From: Ramazzottius varieornatus
Lineage: Eukaryota; Animalia; Tardigrada
Assembly (NCBI GenBank): GCA_001949185.1
Contig: BDGG01000006.1
Coordinates: 2,416,671 to 2,480,670 of the forward strand
Reading direction: 5' to 3'
DNA: 64,000 bases
The notes under the pieces were generated by a model, which saw only the letters and a list, made by a program, of their open reading frames with translations, was not told the DNA's origin and did not search any database. The position numbers and the translations under genes are program-made. Below are positions 49,301-63,315 of the stretch, one piece after another. Each line of letters starts with the position of its first letter. Positions within the stretch are counted from its first letter, which is position 1.

Positions 49301-52183
49301 ATGTTTTTCGAACTTTCGGATAACTTTGCCCCGTAAAACACGTGGAGAAGTAGAACGTTTGTACTGTAATACGATTTACTGTTTGCGTTGGCCGACAATT
49401 TCACCGGCTCATCTTTCGCTGCAACGGAAATCAATATGCATTTCTTATGCATCATTGATCAGTAACTTGATCTGTAACCATTTCACAAGAATTTGGCTTC
49501 CATAGTCTGGTTTCTGACTGAAACCTTCAAACGAACGACAGATAAATGTCGACTTCATATTCATGTCGTTCAATTAGAAAACTGCAGCGCATGCCTTGGC
49601 GTCTCAAAATGGCGTAACTTGTGGTAATAAACAGGTGATGGTGCGCCATTTTGAATCCTCTAAATGTTACTGAACTTTACATTGTTGCACGGGTTAACCA
49701 TTCCACAAGCTATACTGGATTGTGTTGCACGTTGCGAAGTCGGTGTTTAAATAAATAATCAAGGCTACTGTTTAGATCACAGAACTTACGATATCGTCTA
49801 GCTGCACTTCCCGTAAGTATTTCCATCCTGCTTAAGTATTCCAAGAATATGGGTGCAACATAAACAAAACTGCAGAACTCAACAACGTCAGACGTCGATT
49901 TTCCAACGCAATGTCGTGTTTACCAAGTAGTCAAGAACAACGTAAAGCTATGTCGTCTGGAAGATATTTAACCGCCCCTTGAGGGATAACTGGATAATCC
50001 GCGGCAATAGAGAATGAATAATGGGACCTGTTAACGTGATACCCCAGCTTTGGCAAGTGCAGCCATGCATGACATAGTGGAGAAACAGGAAGCAATATCG
50101 CCGATCGCTTGTGTGTTGTTGTACACTCGGCTTAACAGTTACTTTAGCGTGTAATTACAACAACTAAAGAGTTATTTCTGACGCGCAGTACGTAGTACAT
50201 ACACTCTGGGACAGGAGATTGAGGAAAGATTATTGGCATTAGGTGACATGTTGGCGCAAGACTAAGGCTCACACGGTACAGGAACTAGCTCCTACACAAC
50301 ACTTGAGAACGATCGGTCTCTGTAACGCCACTGTGCGGCTTTCGGAGGGTGGGAGGAAAAAAGCGGCATATGAATGATATAACAAACGATGGATGTTGAA
50401 TGAGCTGTAACCGGCGTACGTGCCGGCTTCTTATCCTCGGAGATCCGGTGGACACGAATACTGGGTGGGGAAGGTTTGCCTGGGTGGATCATCTTTGATC
50501 GATCTTCGATAGATCGTGAACAGTGGAATCTTCGTTAGAGTGACATATCCATGAGAACCGCCTACAGCGGAAGCTTCAAGTTCAAAGTCCATCACGGACA
50601 CCCGCGACCCAGAAAGTCGAGACTAACTTGATGATCAATATCCAGTTACCAAACAACTCGATTAATTATAGTTACGATTGACGCTTCTGCGTCAACAAAC
50701 AGCATCAAAAGGCCATTCTCCGTGTGGAGCTTCCTGAAGTGGTGTAACAAACCAGTTGAAGTATACATGCATTCGAATCTTCTCAGGAAGAGGACGAACA
50801 CGGAAGTACGTCTTTGCCGTTTCAAGCGTGTCCTATCATGTACGGTACATCTTTCGGCCAAATATGCGCAACTCAAGCCCATTAAAAACCAATTGAGAAG
50901 CTCGGTTGAGCAGACGGCAGCACAAATCTGGTGCGAAGGCAGACACTATCAGTCTAGTGCAGTGACCCCCCCCCCCCAGCAAGAATATTGCGGTGCGGAG
51001 CCCTTTTCTAAGCGATGGGATCTGACGTCTAACGTTCACTACACGCGACGCTACCGCACAGGTCGCTTGGAAAAAGGCGCTATGACGCAATATGCTTGTG
51101 AGAGGGATTACTGTATTTTTATTTTGTGACCTGAGAATTTACGCAGCGATTCAAGTCAGACTTCCTTCATTCTCCTTTACTCTGTCAAGGTGTCCCAGAT
51201 GATTACAATAAGATCAAGCCTGACTGGGAGCTGAAATTTGACACGCGGTTTTGCTTCTTGAAACGAATTCTCTACAGGGGATGGGAACAGCTCAGTTCAA
51301 CCGGGATAACCTGGGTGTAAAAATACACCCAGGACCAGCAGTAGCTTGATGTAATAAAGGAAACGGAGGGGATTTTCTAGTACTTTGACATTTGAATCGT
51401 CTGAATTTTGATGGTCGTTTTGTGATGAGATGAATGGGGATAGCTTGACGAAGCCACTTAGCTATTGCTTTTACTTGGAAACTGGCAGACGTAGGGCGTA
51501 CCTGGTTTGGGTCGTGCTCGGAGCGACAAGCGCAGCTCATCACGGATCCAAATCGGATAATCCGGTCCTTCCCTTTGCCTCAAGTCCCAGGGTGGCGGCG
51601 AAAGATCCAGGGGCGCGGAGCGACGAATCTCAAACGATTCATGTTCGGTGTCGAAGTACAGAGGGGTCAGAGTGAACAAGCGGTCACCTGCCAACCGGGG
51701 ACTGATCTGTGGGTCAGAGGGACGAGGAGCTGTACAGCAACAAGTGCTGGGTTTCAGTATCCAGTTGAGTAGGGATGGTTCGGACCTAGTCTGTTTTTGG
51801 AGGAGGATCAAGCGCTTGGGTACAGGTGAGAGAGGCGGAGAAGGACCAGCAGTGGCCTGAATGGCGGGATTTTGGGAGGCCTTGGCGTCGACGTTGAGAC
51901 GCTTGCGGCCTGACTTCGGCGAACCTAGCTGACTGTCCGATGATCGAAATAGCGAATGTGGAAAGGTAGGACTGTCCAAAGCAGGCTCCAGCTCTCCATC
52001 GCTCAGATGATTGAAGACTTGACCTGCAACAGAAGGCGCAAGGCTTTGCCAGGGCTGAAGCATATACAATTTTGGTCCCTCTGGCTTTCCGGCAATTAAT
52101 TTTAGGATGTCAACATCACGAGTATTCTCTTGCTTGACTTGTGCTGTCCGAGTTCGTGTGCAGTTGCTCGAGCTCGGTTGCAA
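43377..52183 (-). CDS. DH-PH RhoGEF, PLEKHG7/PLEKHG5-like; multi-exon; 5' exons (46755-47190, 51458-52183, possibly to ~53560) uncertain
   Basis: HWSDL...KRREAIWEMFQSELVLLLDHLLVLKHV, LFGNIDEL, YCLHYINALNYL, CHRLQLTDLLVTPVQHTMKRPLLLREI, IIQEGPL, VFLFDDMLLLTK, YKQPMPLDRI; last exon VLWLSKIR...SEF* with stop at 43377. Confidence 0.85.
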
Positions 52184-55100
52184 TCAGAGTCTTTGATCTA
52201 GGTAGGTGCTTTTGAGACTTTTGGATCTCAGCTACAGCACACACTGATAACTTAGTTTTGCACTGCGGTTTGATGGGATATTATTCGAGGCCTGGAGCGA
52301 GCTCTCCTACGCAACCATCTACTGCAGAAGAGCGTACACGAAAAACGAAAATTATCTGAGACCCAGATTTGACACTTACGATTCTTTATGGTTGAATACA
52401 GACGCCTCCTGCGACATCGAGGAGACATTGTGACGTGTTCCATACTTGGTCTCCAAAACGACCGCAAAGACTGGAATTTGACTTTATGACGATCATCGAT
52501 TTCCGCAAACGGAACAAGGATTCATGTCGAACGTTACTAGCCCTTTGAAGCAGCATACACTGGTTGAGGGATAGGTAATTGAATTATTCAAAAAAATCTG
52601 CAGGAAACAAGGTATGGTAGAATGGAATGCGGATCAAGCAAGCAAAAGACCACATCAGCGTCAAGGATATGATTGGGAATACTCATTAGTGTGCGAGAAA
52701 AAGGAGATGTCAAATCATCACACCAAAATAGCGCAAAACTCTAGCTGAGCACGTGCGTCATCGTCGCGAAAGGTGAGGAAGATAGAGAGTGCCGACTAGT
52801 ATCGAAGTGAATGATTTTAACGAGCTGGTTCCCCTCCGCCGTGACTTCTTGCCTGTTAGCGAAGAGGAAGAGACAAATGAGGCAGTTAAACCAGGTATTA
52901 ACGAGTCCGCAACGAAGGGCGTCGGTCGGTGTGAGTGCCGTTAACGCCGCTGGCTGGTACTCTCCCACTCCCCACTTGACTGTCCTGCATTGTCAAACTT
53001 TGTCTCATCACCAAATCTCTGGCGTTCAGCCCGAAGCCAAAATTTGGTCCCAAGGTGGTGGCGCCACCGGACGTTGCGGAAGTTGGTGGTGAAGCGTTGA
53101 CGTTCCAGTGCACCCAGGAGACAGTCATTGTGACCGAAGTGGGAGAATTTTTCCTCCGATAAGACTCGAAAAACCCTGTCTCGAAACCGTTAAGGATCTC
53201 TGGTCTATGAACTCGGTCAATGCACCGAGAGCATTTTCAACACAGCTCGAAAACAACCGCGAAAAATGGAGTCAACGTTACTATTGAACCTCTGATGAAA
53301 CTGAGGATGGACCTCTTAAACATGTACACAGACGTAGGTAGCATGAACAGGAAGTCTTTAGGCAGAATGTGTAAGCCAGCTCGGAAGGGTCTCAACGTCA
53401 AACAGCGGAGGTAAGCCAGCCTGTTTTTGTAAAGTGAAACCGCGGCACGAAGAGCGCCGTTGAAATTCGGCACTAATTTGACGGCAGGTAACCTCGCAAG
53501 TAGCTGCGCAAGTGATGACGACCCTTGGAAAGTATAATTACTGCCTGTTCCTGTTGACATCGTCTTGAAGAAGCTAACTGCGCACGTCGACGGATCAGAG
53601 GCTACGCTCCTCCTGTTGCCGACCTAATCAGGTTTGTCAAATGATCGTTCAGCGTGGTACTTGCGCAAGCAGAGCTTAACTTGAACACCTTCAGCAAAAT
53701 GCCCAGTGGAAGTCTACCTTTTTCTGGTACCCGTATTTCTAGGGCAGAAACCACAGTATCCTGAATTCTGCGCGCTGTTCTCCGTCGTGGGAGTTGAACC
53801 TGCATGAAACCTGGAATCTCCGTCGTATTTTTCTATCAGAGGTGATTCCTGGTGTATTTAGTATCGACACACCACAAAAGCCTAGTCAGGACGAGCGAAG
53901 CGAGGAGTTTATAAGTCTGTCACGATTTCAATGGGTGTCGCAAATGATGAAGCTTTCTGAAATCGCAAACTCTGCAGTGTGGAAATAATGCGTCAGTTGA
54001 TCCGGGCAGCCAGAAAGCTCTGCTCGCAAACCCTGTACGTCTACGCGTTCGCTCGTTCTCCCCAGGGGTCAGAACCTAGTCTACCGGAGTAATGGGTATC
54101 GAGCTGTCATTCAGCGGCGTCAAATCGGGAGGAAAAGCCCCCTCCCCTTTCCTAACCATCGCAGATGGCGCCACAGCGTCCATCAGAGAGCAACTTCGCA
54201 CACTTCGTGGATACACAAAGAGCCACGGTACAAAAACGGAAGGCTCTTTCCAGTGCGCAGCCTCCCGTCCCTTGCGAATCCGTTTACTGAAAAAAACCCC
54301 AGTAAACTGAAACTAACTTTGACTGTTACGTAACGGATAGTTTCTTGAAGGTCGCTGCTGCAATAGGAGAAGAGAGGGGGAAAACCTTGGTTATAATTAC
54401 AGCACCAATAGGCGGTCATGTCATGCCATGTCCGGCTCCAGTTGCAGTCGCGTAACATTCCTTGAGGCGCACTTCCTGTGAGATAGCTTCGACTAATCAG
54501 ATCCACATCCGGCTTAACAATACACGACATCCCGTCATTTGAAAACCGTGGTTCTTTACAGCAGGAATGCTCACGAGCTTTTGTGTCAAACAGAAGCTTG
54601 TTTTTGCCTGCCAACGCTGGACGTCTTGGCTTTGAAAGAAAGAAAAGAGGACGGGAAGGAAAAAAGAGCGGGTCCGGATTGAAAAGACGGTTGACATGAT
54701 GATCGATTGGTAAATATTGCAAGTACACATTGAGCTCTCCTTTTTTTTCTTCCCCATCAGGCCGTACTTCGATCGTTCCTTGATTATGAGTGTGTATGGG
54801 AAGGAAGGGCGCTCGAGGAATACTTTACATGCGATGGTCGAGCAGTAGTGTATACCGGGCATAGTCAATTTCTGAAGGCACTTGAAGTTGATGCAAGCAA
54901 ACCATCAGTATCTGTCATCCACAGAGACACGTTAACAGTCTACAGACCCCGTTTTCTACTGTACTAGATACAGCTCATACTGCTAATCGCCGTGTGTCTG
55001 GTCGAGCGTGATACTGCCAAGGAGCAGTAAAGTATAGAGTAGGGTTCGGGCCAATAGTTATCATCAATCGCCCACAAGAAGCCGCTATCCGGTGGAAGTG

Positions 55101-56368
55101 CCATAAATGCCATCTGCATAATAGCATTGATCGTGGAAGCAAGGGAGGAATATCCATCGCCCAACTACTGTTATGATGATGTTGCACGATACTTGCAACA
55201 ACATATTCTCGGCCGGCCTCTCGCTCGTGCCAATGTCGGGCAGCTTGATCATGCGTGGACGGGGAGGAGTGCGGGGATGGGTGTAGTGACAGCTGCAGCC
55301 AGAAAGTTTACATGGCCAGATTTGCTTCGCCGGATTAATTTCCACCCCCGTATTATACTGTCGTTTTTTATCGCGCTACTCCTTCCTTCCTGTCTTCCTT
55401 CCTGTATCGTATTTCCATGTCACTGTTTTATTCCCAAAAAAAGCTTTCGGCGGATTGTTTCAATCGGATTCATTACTCTAAATATATCTTGCCGATTTCA
55501 AAGCTGACTCCAACTAAGCTTGTGCTCCTTCCGCACACCGACATTGCGTAGTCTCCGTCTCTTGGAAATTTTCTACGATTGTTTGACGTTGATGGTCCAT
55601 GCTTTACATTCCTTTATGCTCACACTAATCTGATCTGCAGACCAAACTGGATTTCTGCTCTGCGTTTGATTGGGATGCAATCATTTGCGGGGAATGTATG
55701 GCATAATATATTGAGCCAAGCTGACTGGAACGTCTAAACGTCAGACGCGGCAATTATCGTGACTTGTAGTTTTTCTCGTCGATGAGCTTGTCACAACACA
55801 GCTCTGTACCTCTTTGAAGGACAGGTCCCAAGAGGCTACTTAATTTGCTACTTCCCAACAGCCTCTTCTCACACGCACGACCCCCTGCACTGTCCTCCCA
55901 TCGATCTATTACGCACAGGGTTCTCGAACCAGGAAATACCTATCACCTACCGCCTTTCCCTAGTACGACGGGCGTATTTTGAGGTAAACTTAAACCTGAA
56001 CAGACATTTTCATAACGTTCAGCAGCAGGTGTTGCATTCAACCAGTTTACGTGTGATAACCGAAATTTTGAACACAGTTCTCAGCATTACACTATGGTAC
56101 ACGCACGCACGCCGAAGGAGTTTGGGCCAGGCGATTCCAAAACAGCGGCACGGAAGTACGTACATACGCGACTAATTCGCTGTGATGCACTTTCTGACAA
56201 TTTTCTACGGTTGAATTCTAGGTCTGCTCGTTTCTTACTGGCCCAAACTCGCTCCGCGTGCGTGTACAGCGAAAAAAGAACAAACTCTCTGGCAAGCCAC
56301 TTTGCTACACAAGTTTTTTGTTCGGAGGACATCGTGCCTTGTAAATTAGGGCCTTGTGAAAGATATTA

Positions 56369-56442
56369 CTGTATTCCCGCGNNNNNNNNNNNNNNNNNNN
56401 NNNNNNNNNNNNNNNNNNNNNNNNNNNNNNNCGGGAATACAG
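56369..56442. mobile_element. TA-flanked inverted-repeat element collapsed into an assembly gap (50 N, 56382-56431)
   Basis: TA|CTGTATTCCCG...NNN...CGGGAATACAG|TA. Confidence 0.6.
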
Positions 56443-57752
56443 TAGGTTGCGGTACCTACGGCGTTGCGGTACCGATGGCTTATGCGCGACCTAACCAGTT
56501 TCCTGGAATCGCTGCACAAATCACGTGGACGATCTCCCTTCGATTATTTGATAATTTCTCCACCGTCAAGTTCATCCCAATCATCGATAATCTCACTCGA
56601 AAAGTGCCAAGTGGTTACAGTGTATTTTGTGTGGATCCAAGACAAACAAGCTGATCCAATGACGTCAGCGAACAGTGTGCGGCAGCATGGAATGAATCTA
56701 TTGGTCTTTTTGTACGATGTCGTTTGTAAGAAACTGATGGCTTATTTTTCTTAACGTCAAAGTGAGTCAGTTGTCGAGCAGAGACATCTTACTTTTGCTT
56801 TCAAATCCCTCACACTCCACAAAGGAATCATCACGTCATCGGTCTCCATAGCCCGTTGTCATCATGGCGGACTTTTCCTGTCCTTTAAAGTGCGCACAAG
56901 CTCATCCCCTCTGGCCAGATCCGCCTGCATGATCCTTATTACAGTAAATAATTTAGACGATGCGGACTGCTGCCAGCCAAACCTTGGGTAAACACTTTTT
57001 CCCCATCCATTAAAAGTACACCCTCGTCTTCATCCCGCTGGAGGAGCCCGCCCATCTTAGCTTCTCACACTCCCCCGAAATGTCAGTCTGAACATCCAGA
57101 AAACGATCAATACCGTAAATATCGAAAAAATTTACTACATGTACAGTTTTCACTGTAGCTGCAGAACGCAGATTTTGTTCACGTGTTGTATCAGATTTTC
57201 AAAGCTCGAAAACTTTCTAAGGATTAATTTTCGGATAATGGTCGCTGAGCATGTGGAAATTACGAGTGTTGGTTGGCCACTTGAGTGTCACAGTAGAGTG
57301 CGTTTGCCCATATCCTCAGTTGTTATCCCACAAATTAGCGCCGGCCTAAGCGTCAATTCATAGAGATTAGAGGAAGAGTTGGAAGCTGGCTGAGCTGGCT
57401 TCCGCCAACCGGCTTAGTACGTACGGCGGGGAACAGGAAGAGACTGGCTGTGTTGATGAAATGCATACAGTAGGATGACGCTCTACGTGTTTGTATCTAT
57501 CGAGTATCGGAGCATTTGGTGCCTCGTCAATGTTAGTTTTACGAGTCTAATCAGGAGTATCCGCCGCTGCTGTCACAGTGTCCCTAACTAAGCTGTTGTT
57601 ATTTCAGGATTAATTTACCGCCTAAAGTGCAACACGCAGTAAAAATCCAAGTGGGGACGCAATATGGCAGACTAATTGGGATACTTTGTTATTCACCACT
57701 AATCGATGGCCCGATCGGCGGAAATTCCGTGCTTCGTGCGGACGTGAAAAGA

Positions 57753-60700
57753 ATGCCGCAGAAATATGGACACCGGATATTCGTGGGCCCATTACCTTTC
57801 GTGACTTGTTGGGTAATGGGCTGCTGGATTTTGACCTTCGCCGAAACCGCTGTGAAGAATCCGACCAAAATGGACATCGAGACATCAAACAAGGTTAGAT
57901 TATTTCATTTGTCTTTGAAAATTCAGTTTCTTCACGGATAATCACACGTAAAAAAATGATGGACAGTCCCATGTTGTTTCCAAACTTGTCATCAATTACC
58001 TAAGAAACACGCGTTCGATTCTTGAGATACTGTAATTGTCCTGTATTGGGTTTCGCCAGCGCCGTCGGTCTGCGATGTTTCGCATACAGTCAAGACACAC
58101 AATCTGATTGGATAACTGTTTTTGTTTGAAGGTTTTGTCGGAGCTGGACCGGTCGCCTTCTCCTGTGCAACTGCTGAATGTGATTACTAGCCTTACAACT
58201 GGTCGGATTTTATGCTACCGGGAAGTGGCAGTCCCCGTCGTATTCAATAGCACAAAACATTTTCCTCATTTGATGCAAGCGGCAGTATGGGTTAATAACT
58301 TCCTGGTTGACTACATCCAAACATCCGGACAAAACTTTGGTGAGGAGAAAAAAGACGTAAAGCCAATGCGTGTCCGTTATGTTCGTATCGTTACAAGGAC
58401 GTGCGTAACATGAATTAATCTTATCGTCGTATTGACAAGCGCTTTAGGACCTAGCTTTTGATCATAAGCGGCTTTCTACGATTTCTTCCGATGAAGCTAC
58501 CACTTCATCATCACAATTGGTTCTTTTTGTTTTTCGTAGAAACTCCATCGGACAAAGGACACAAGTTTCTGCATCGCAGCATTACCAACCTCTTCGACTA
58601 CGAGCCTTTCCTGGCCTACATTGCGGTGAAACTACCTCCTACTGAGGAAGACCAGATCAAGATACTGGAACTAACGCGAACAAACGAGCCGACACCGGAG
58701 ATCCGCCACAAGACCTCCACCATAAGTGCTGGTGGTGGGGAGCCCGACTTGTTTGATATCCTCGTAGCCTCCAATCACCATGTCTACTACTCGTGCCTCA
58801 CTGGACAGTGGCTGGCCAAAATGTCCTTCCCGCTCAACTTGACGGACTCAAGATTCAAACATGAGGAAGCTGATGCTCAACACAAAGCTTCCATGAGAAG
58901 GTAATCAGTGAAAGCGGTTGGAGTAACTGGAATGAAGAATATATACTACGGTACTGAAGTGTGTTTCCCTTTACAGCTTTTCCTCTGTGATGGTTCTAGC
59001 GATTGATATTACCTCATGGGACATTAACCAGTGCGCCGTTTCAAGCAACGACAGCACAAGCAATATCATCGATTATTTTGGCGATTCCGCCAAATGCCAC
59101 AAGGACACAAATGAGGTACGATCAAGACATTGAGCTAAGCAAGCTCACCCAAGCGCGAATCGCCAAAAGCAGCGAGCCAGGCTGACAAGCGTTATTTTCT
59201 CCTCCAGTGCATCTTCCAGCCCGGACACGGCTGGCGCAAGGACGCCTACCAGTGCGTCTGCCGGCAGCATTACTATGCCGTGGATCGACAGTTGCTGGCC
59301 AGCTCCCCGTTGCTCAACACATCGCAATGGGAGAGTGATGAGCTGAGGTCGAGCTCGACAACGACGCCGCTACTTGTAGGCGGCCAGATTAGCCCCCCGC
59401 TGATGAAGCAATATCCGCTGGGAGTGCCTGCTCAATGCGCAACGTGCCAACCCGACTGTGATATCTGTACCAATGGCTCACCATGCTTTTATACCTACCA
59501 TTTCACCCTCAGGTAGGCACCCCACTAAAAAAACCTAGTATTTTTGGCACACTCCAAGAAACACGGAAGTCAAACTTTGTGAAAAGCACGTAGAGAATTG
59601 CGTATTTGTATCCTGATTGAATACTGAAAGCATTCTCCACTGTAGGGCGAGATCCTTAGATCTTTCCTCTCCGTAGTGCCTCACCGTGTTCAACTGACCG
59701 GCGAACTTTTTTGCAGATTGATGCTAGTTTCAATCAACTGCCTTTGCATACTCCTGACGCTGCTCGTTGGGCTGTTCATATGGAAATACCGCCGAGTAAA
59801 GGTACGGTCGTCCGAAAACCTCCAGCTGCGAACTTACAGTAGCTTTTTGTATCTTGAGCACATGAGTTACGTTGCAACTGGCATTGAAACTCATGGACGC
59901 TGGGTACGTGTTTCAGATGATCCGAGTGGCAAGTCCCAAGTTTCTGTGCATCACCTTATTGGGAGCCGCTGTAATGTACGCGGAAGTAAGTGGAATTTTG
60001 CGGGCGTGCTTATACGTATCAGCTCCAGACTTTTCGTTGTCAGCTATGTTCGTTGTAAGAAGAAATCTCGATATCACAGCTTTTGTTACCTTGGTGGTAT
60101 CGTTTTCGCATTTGGATAAAAGCTACTTTTTGCCCCTCCCAGATCATCGCCATCTTCTTTGAAATTCAGGCGGATAAGTACGTCTGCATGGCCATTGAAT
60201 GGACGCGCCATTTGGGCTTTTGCATCACGTATAGTGCATTGTTTATGAAAACCTGGAGGTAAGCCGATAGTATCAGCTTAGGTTACGGCAGGATATGGAC
60301 TTCGTGGATGTAACTCGATGTCTGGCTGTAACAGGATCTCTGGATTATTCCGGGTGAAGAGTGCGCACAAGATTAAATTATCCGACAAGCAATTGCTACA
60401 ATGGATGGCACCCATTATCCTCTTGATGGTCACCTATTTAGCCGCTTGGTCGGCTGGGGCACCGGCCACGCCCGAACTCCTGATTGAGGAACATGGACTC
60501 AAGTATTGGCAATGTGCCTATGGATGGTGGGACCACTGCATCGTTGGAGGTAAACAGCGAAGGCGTACTCGACTATTTTCGAACCTTAGTCTTCGGAACT
60601 GGTACCTGATTGACGTTTCTTCTTCCCGTAGGCAATGTGCTATTTCTCGTATGGGGGATTCGCGTATGCTATCGAGTACGCAAAGCCGAGTCCTACTTCA

Positions 60701-61513
60701 ACGAGGCTAAATTCATCAGCTTTGCCATTTACAACATTGCCGGAGTGAACGCAGTTTTCCTTCTTTTACAGTACGATACAAGTTTACTGCCTCTTCCAGA
60801 ACAAGTTTTCTGAGCCACGCTGCTTCCATTAAACGCATTATTAACCGCACGCTTGCGATTAATAACAATGTAAAAGTGCGCCACTTGAGAAACGATCTGG
60901 CCGATCAATTCGTCAGCCTACGTGGCAATTTGTTCTGAAGTCCGGAGTACTTAGTTTTGATCTCTTTTGCAGTTTGGTGGTGTACCCACAAGCTTCACCG
61001 GACACGAAGAACGTCTTTGCCTTTCTGCGGATACAGTTCAGTACGACGGTAACAGTGTGCCTAGTCTTCTGTCCCAAAATTCACGCAATACTGCGTGGGC
61101 GAGGCGAGAACTACGAGTTTCGCGATCGTCCCGATGCTCAAATCCCTCTCAACATAAACGGCGGGCCGGTCTCGTCGGACGACGTCATTGACGTGTATCA
61201 GGAAAACGAGGATCTCAAGGTTTGGTTGCCTCGGCTGCCGTACTCTGACTGGCGTAAGCCTCTAAGCCTTGTTGCTCCACAGGATGAAATCCAGAAGCTG
61301 GCTTCCCAGATTGAATGGATGAAGATCGTCCACATGAACATGGGCAATCGCCATCTCAAATCCAAACATTCCGCTGCTCAGTATCATCTTGCTGCTTCCT
61401 ACTTTCCGCCGAGCCCGATACTGCGCTCGTTGAGAAGACGCTCGTCCGACGTCGTCGAGATAGCTGCGCCGCGCCTTTCTTTAGCCGCCGAACTAGCCAG
61501 CGAACGTGTATAG
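57753..61513 (+). CDS. Class C GPCR, GPR158/GPR179-like, multi-exon
   Basis: N-terminal hydrophobic segment; [10 protein letters not shown]; EGF-like [16 protein letters not shown]; CQPDCDIC; [14 protein letters not shown]; [20 protein letters not shown]; QCAYGWWD; [17 protein letters not shown]; PK; coiled coil YQENEDLK|[11 protein letters not shown]. Confidence 0.88.
60835..60915. repeat. Intronic palindrome family (GPR158-like intron)
   Basis: CGCACGCTTG...AATAACAATG...GTGCGCCACTTGAGAAACGATCTGG. Confidence 0.65.
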
Positions 61514-61596
61514 CAATGGACCCTTGTCTAATTAAGCATATGCATAATTTTCAAATCTGTGATACGTCTGTGGTTATGATGGTATATGGTGCCGAT

Positions 61597-61767
61597 CAGT
61601 CCTGCGGAGCTATTTAGCTCGTTTAGCTCATTTCGCCTTTCTTCTACGAGGTTTGCACAAAAAGCTCATCCAGGTTCGTGCGCTGCACAACCCTGTTCTG
61701 CATTTTCGTAGAAAAAAGGCAGATTTAGCTCGCGAGCTAAAACGAGCTAAATAGCTCCGCAGCTCTG
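61597..61767. mobile_element. 171-bp hAT MITE in the 3' region of the GPR158-like gene
   Basis: TIRs CAGTCCTGCGGAGCTATTTAGCTCGTTT / AAACGAGCTAAATAGCTCCGCAGCTCTG; perfect 8-bp TSD GTGCCGAT. Confidence 0.92.
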
Positions 61768-63051
61768 GTGCCGATACAGAATTTCAATATCGGAACCACG
61801 ATCGAATCTGAGTATGAGAGACTTTCAGCGTCTTGAGGAACGCCATCTGTGTTTCTCGTTCGTGAACTCCACAAACTGATAGGTGGCCCCAGTAGTCAGC
61901 ACTCGATCGGCACTCGCTGCCACGCTGATCGAACACATTCGAACTGAACAGATTCGTTCCGTGCGTACGAAGTAGCCGGCGTGGAAAATATCCAGGCTGA
62001 TTTCAACCTCCAGTGCTTCTAGCTACCTTTCCTTGGTTCCTAAGTTAAGGTGAACTTTTCTACATTCCTTTGAGACAAACCAGAAGCTCGTCAGTAGCAA
62101 GGCTGATGCGCTATGTTCTATGGGAGGAAGGTAGGTCGGACGCAGTGTCAAAGAGCCTATTTGACGCACTATGATCAAGCAATCATCCGCACGAAATAAT
62201 GCTCCATGGATATTTCCATGCCGGAAATTTTCACTGGATATTTCCTTGCCGGCTACCCGGTAGGTTTGAAAGCGCAAAGTCATTCGGAACAAGTACGCGT
62301 ATGGTCGATAGAACTTTCAGTAAACTGGTTTTTGGATTCTTGAGAGTATAGCCGGTTTTATTAGGCTGACATTTTTACTGGCTGTTCAGAAGGTGACGTA
62401 TCAGCACGCCTGACGCCTATGTAGGGTGACGTGAAAGGGCTCGTATGCTATCGTTTAATCGCTTTGACTGATACATGCTCGCAATGTTTGGACTGGTACC
62501 CGGAAGGGCTTTCCATATTGCCGTAAACTGCTGGCTCATACATTAGTCTGGCAAGCTCCGCTGTGCGTTTCTCTCAGTGCAACTTCCCCAGATTGTTGGC
62601 CGTGTTGTCCGTGCGCCGTGCTTGCTGGCACAGAAACATACGTCATCGTACACGCTGACTTGATACAACCACAACAGAGGCAACAGTGGAACGAAAGGGA
62701 CAGAAATGCTGTACGCCGATCGGCTATACTTCAGAGCGCTGTGCTTACTCTGCTGCCGAGCCTGCAAGAATCAATACGGATAAGACTATCGCTGGCTTAT
62801 CGGCGGAGTGGGCGGACCAAAGCATTCACTGGGTTACTCATTCCCCCTGGAAAAGTTTGCCTGAGTTCCTCGTTGATCGATCCAGAACAGTTGTCATGTG
62901 TTAAGCGTGGCTTTGTAGCGTAGCACTCACCAAGTGAATTTTGAATTCAGCATAGCACAATTTTCGTTCTCCTGACTTTTTCCTGAATTGCTCCGCAGCT
63001 CGTCAACAGTCTTCCGCTTTACTTGCCGGATCGCCCACGCAGATCTCCGAG

Positions 63052-63315
63052 ATGCCTCAGCCAAAGAAGGGAGCACCGAAGGACAAGGCAGCTGAAGTAA
63101 GTGTTGATTTGTCTTGCTTGTGACATGGTATGATTTCTTGATGGATCCTCTGTTTCTCGGTCTAGTTCATGGACGACTGATTGGCAGTATTCACAATATT
63201 CCAACTTTATCCCTTTATTTTGTAGCCCGCGAAAGATAAACCTGCTGGTGGGGACAAGGCGGCGGCAGCGCCTGGAAAGGATGCTAAACCTGCCAAGGGA
63301 GGCAAGGGCAAGTAA
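63052..63315 (+). CDS. Putative 44-aa Lys/Ala/Gly/Pro-rich protein, two coding exons (63052-63096, 63226-63315)
   Basis: MPQPKKGAPKDKAAE|PAKDKPAGGDKAAAAPGKDAKPAKGGKGK*; strong GTAAGT donor and TTTTGTAG acceptor in phase 0; AATAAA near 63590. Could instead be the end of a longer CDS. Confidence 0.6.

Noticed and set aside
47300-57600. Numerous 60-180 aa ORFs
   Set aside because: No recognisable domains; consistent with RhoGEF introns or 5' exons and intergenic DNA.
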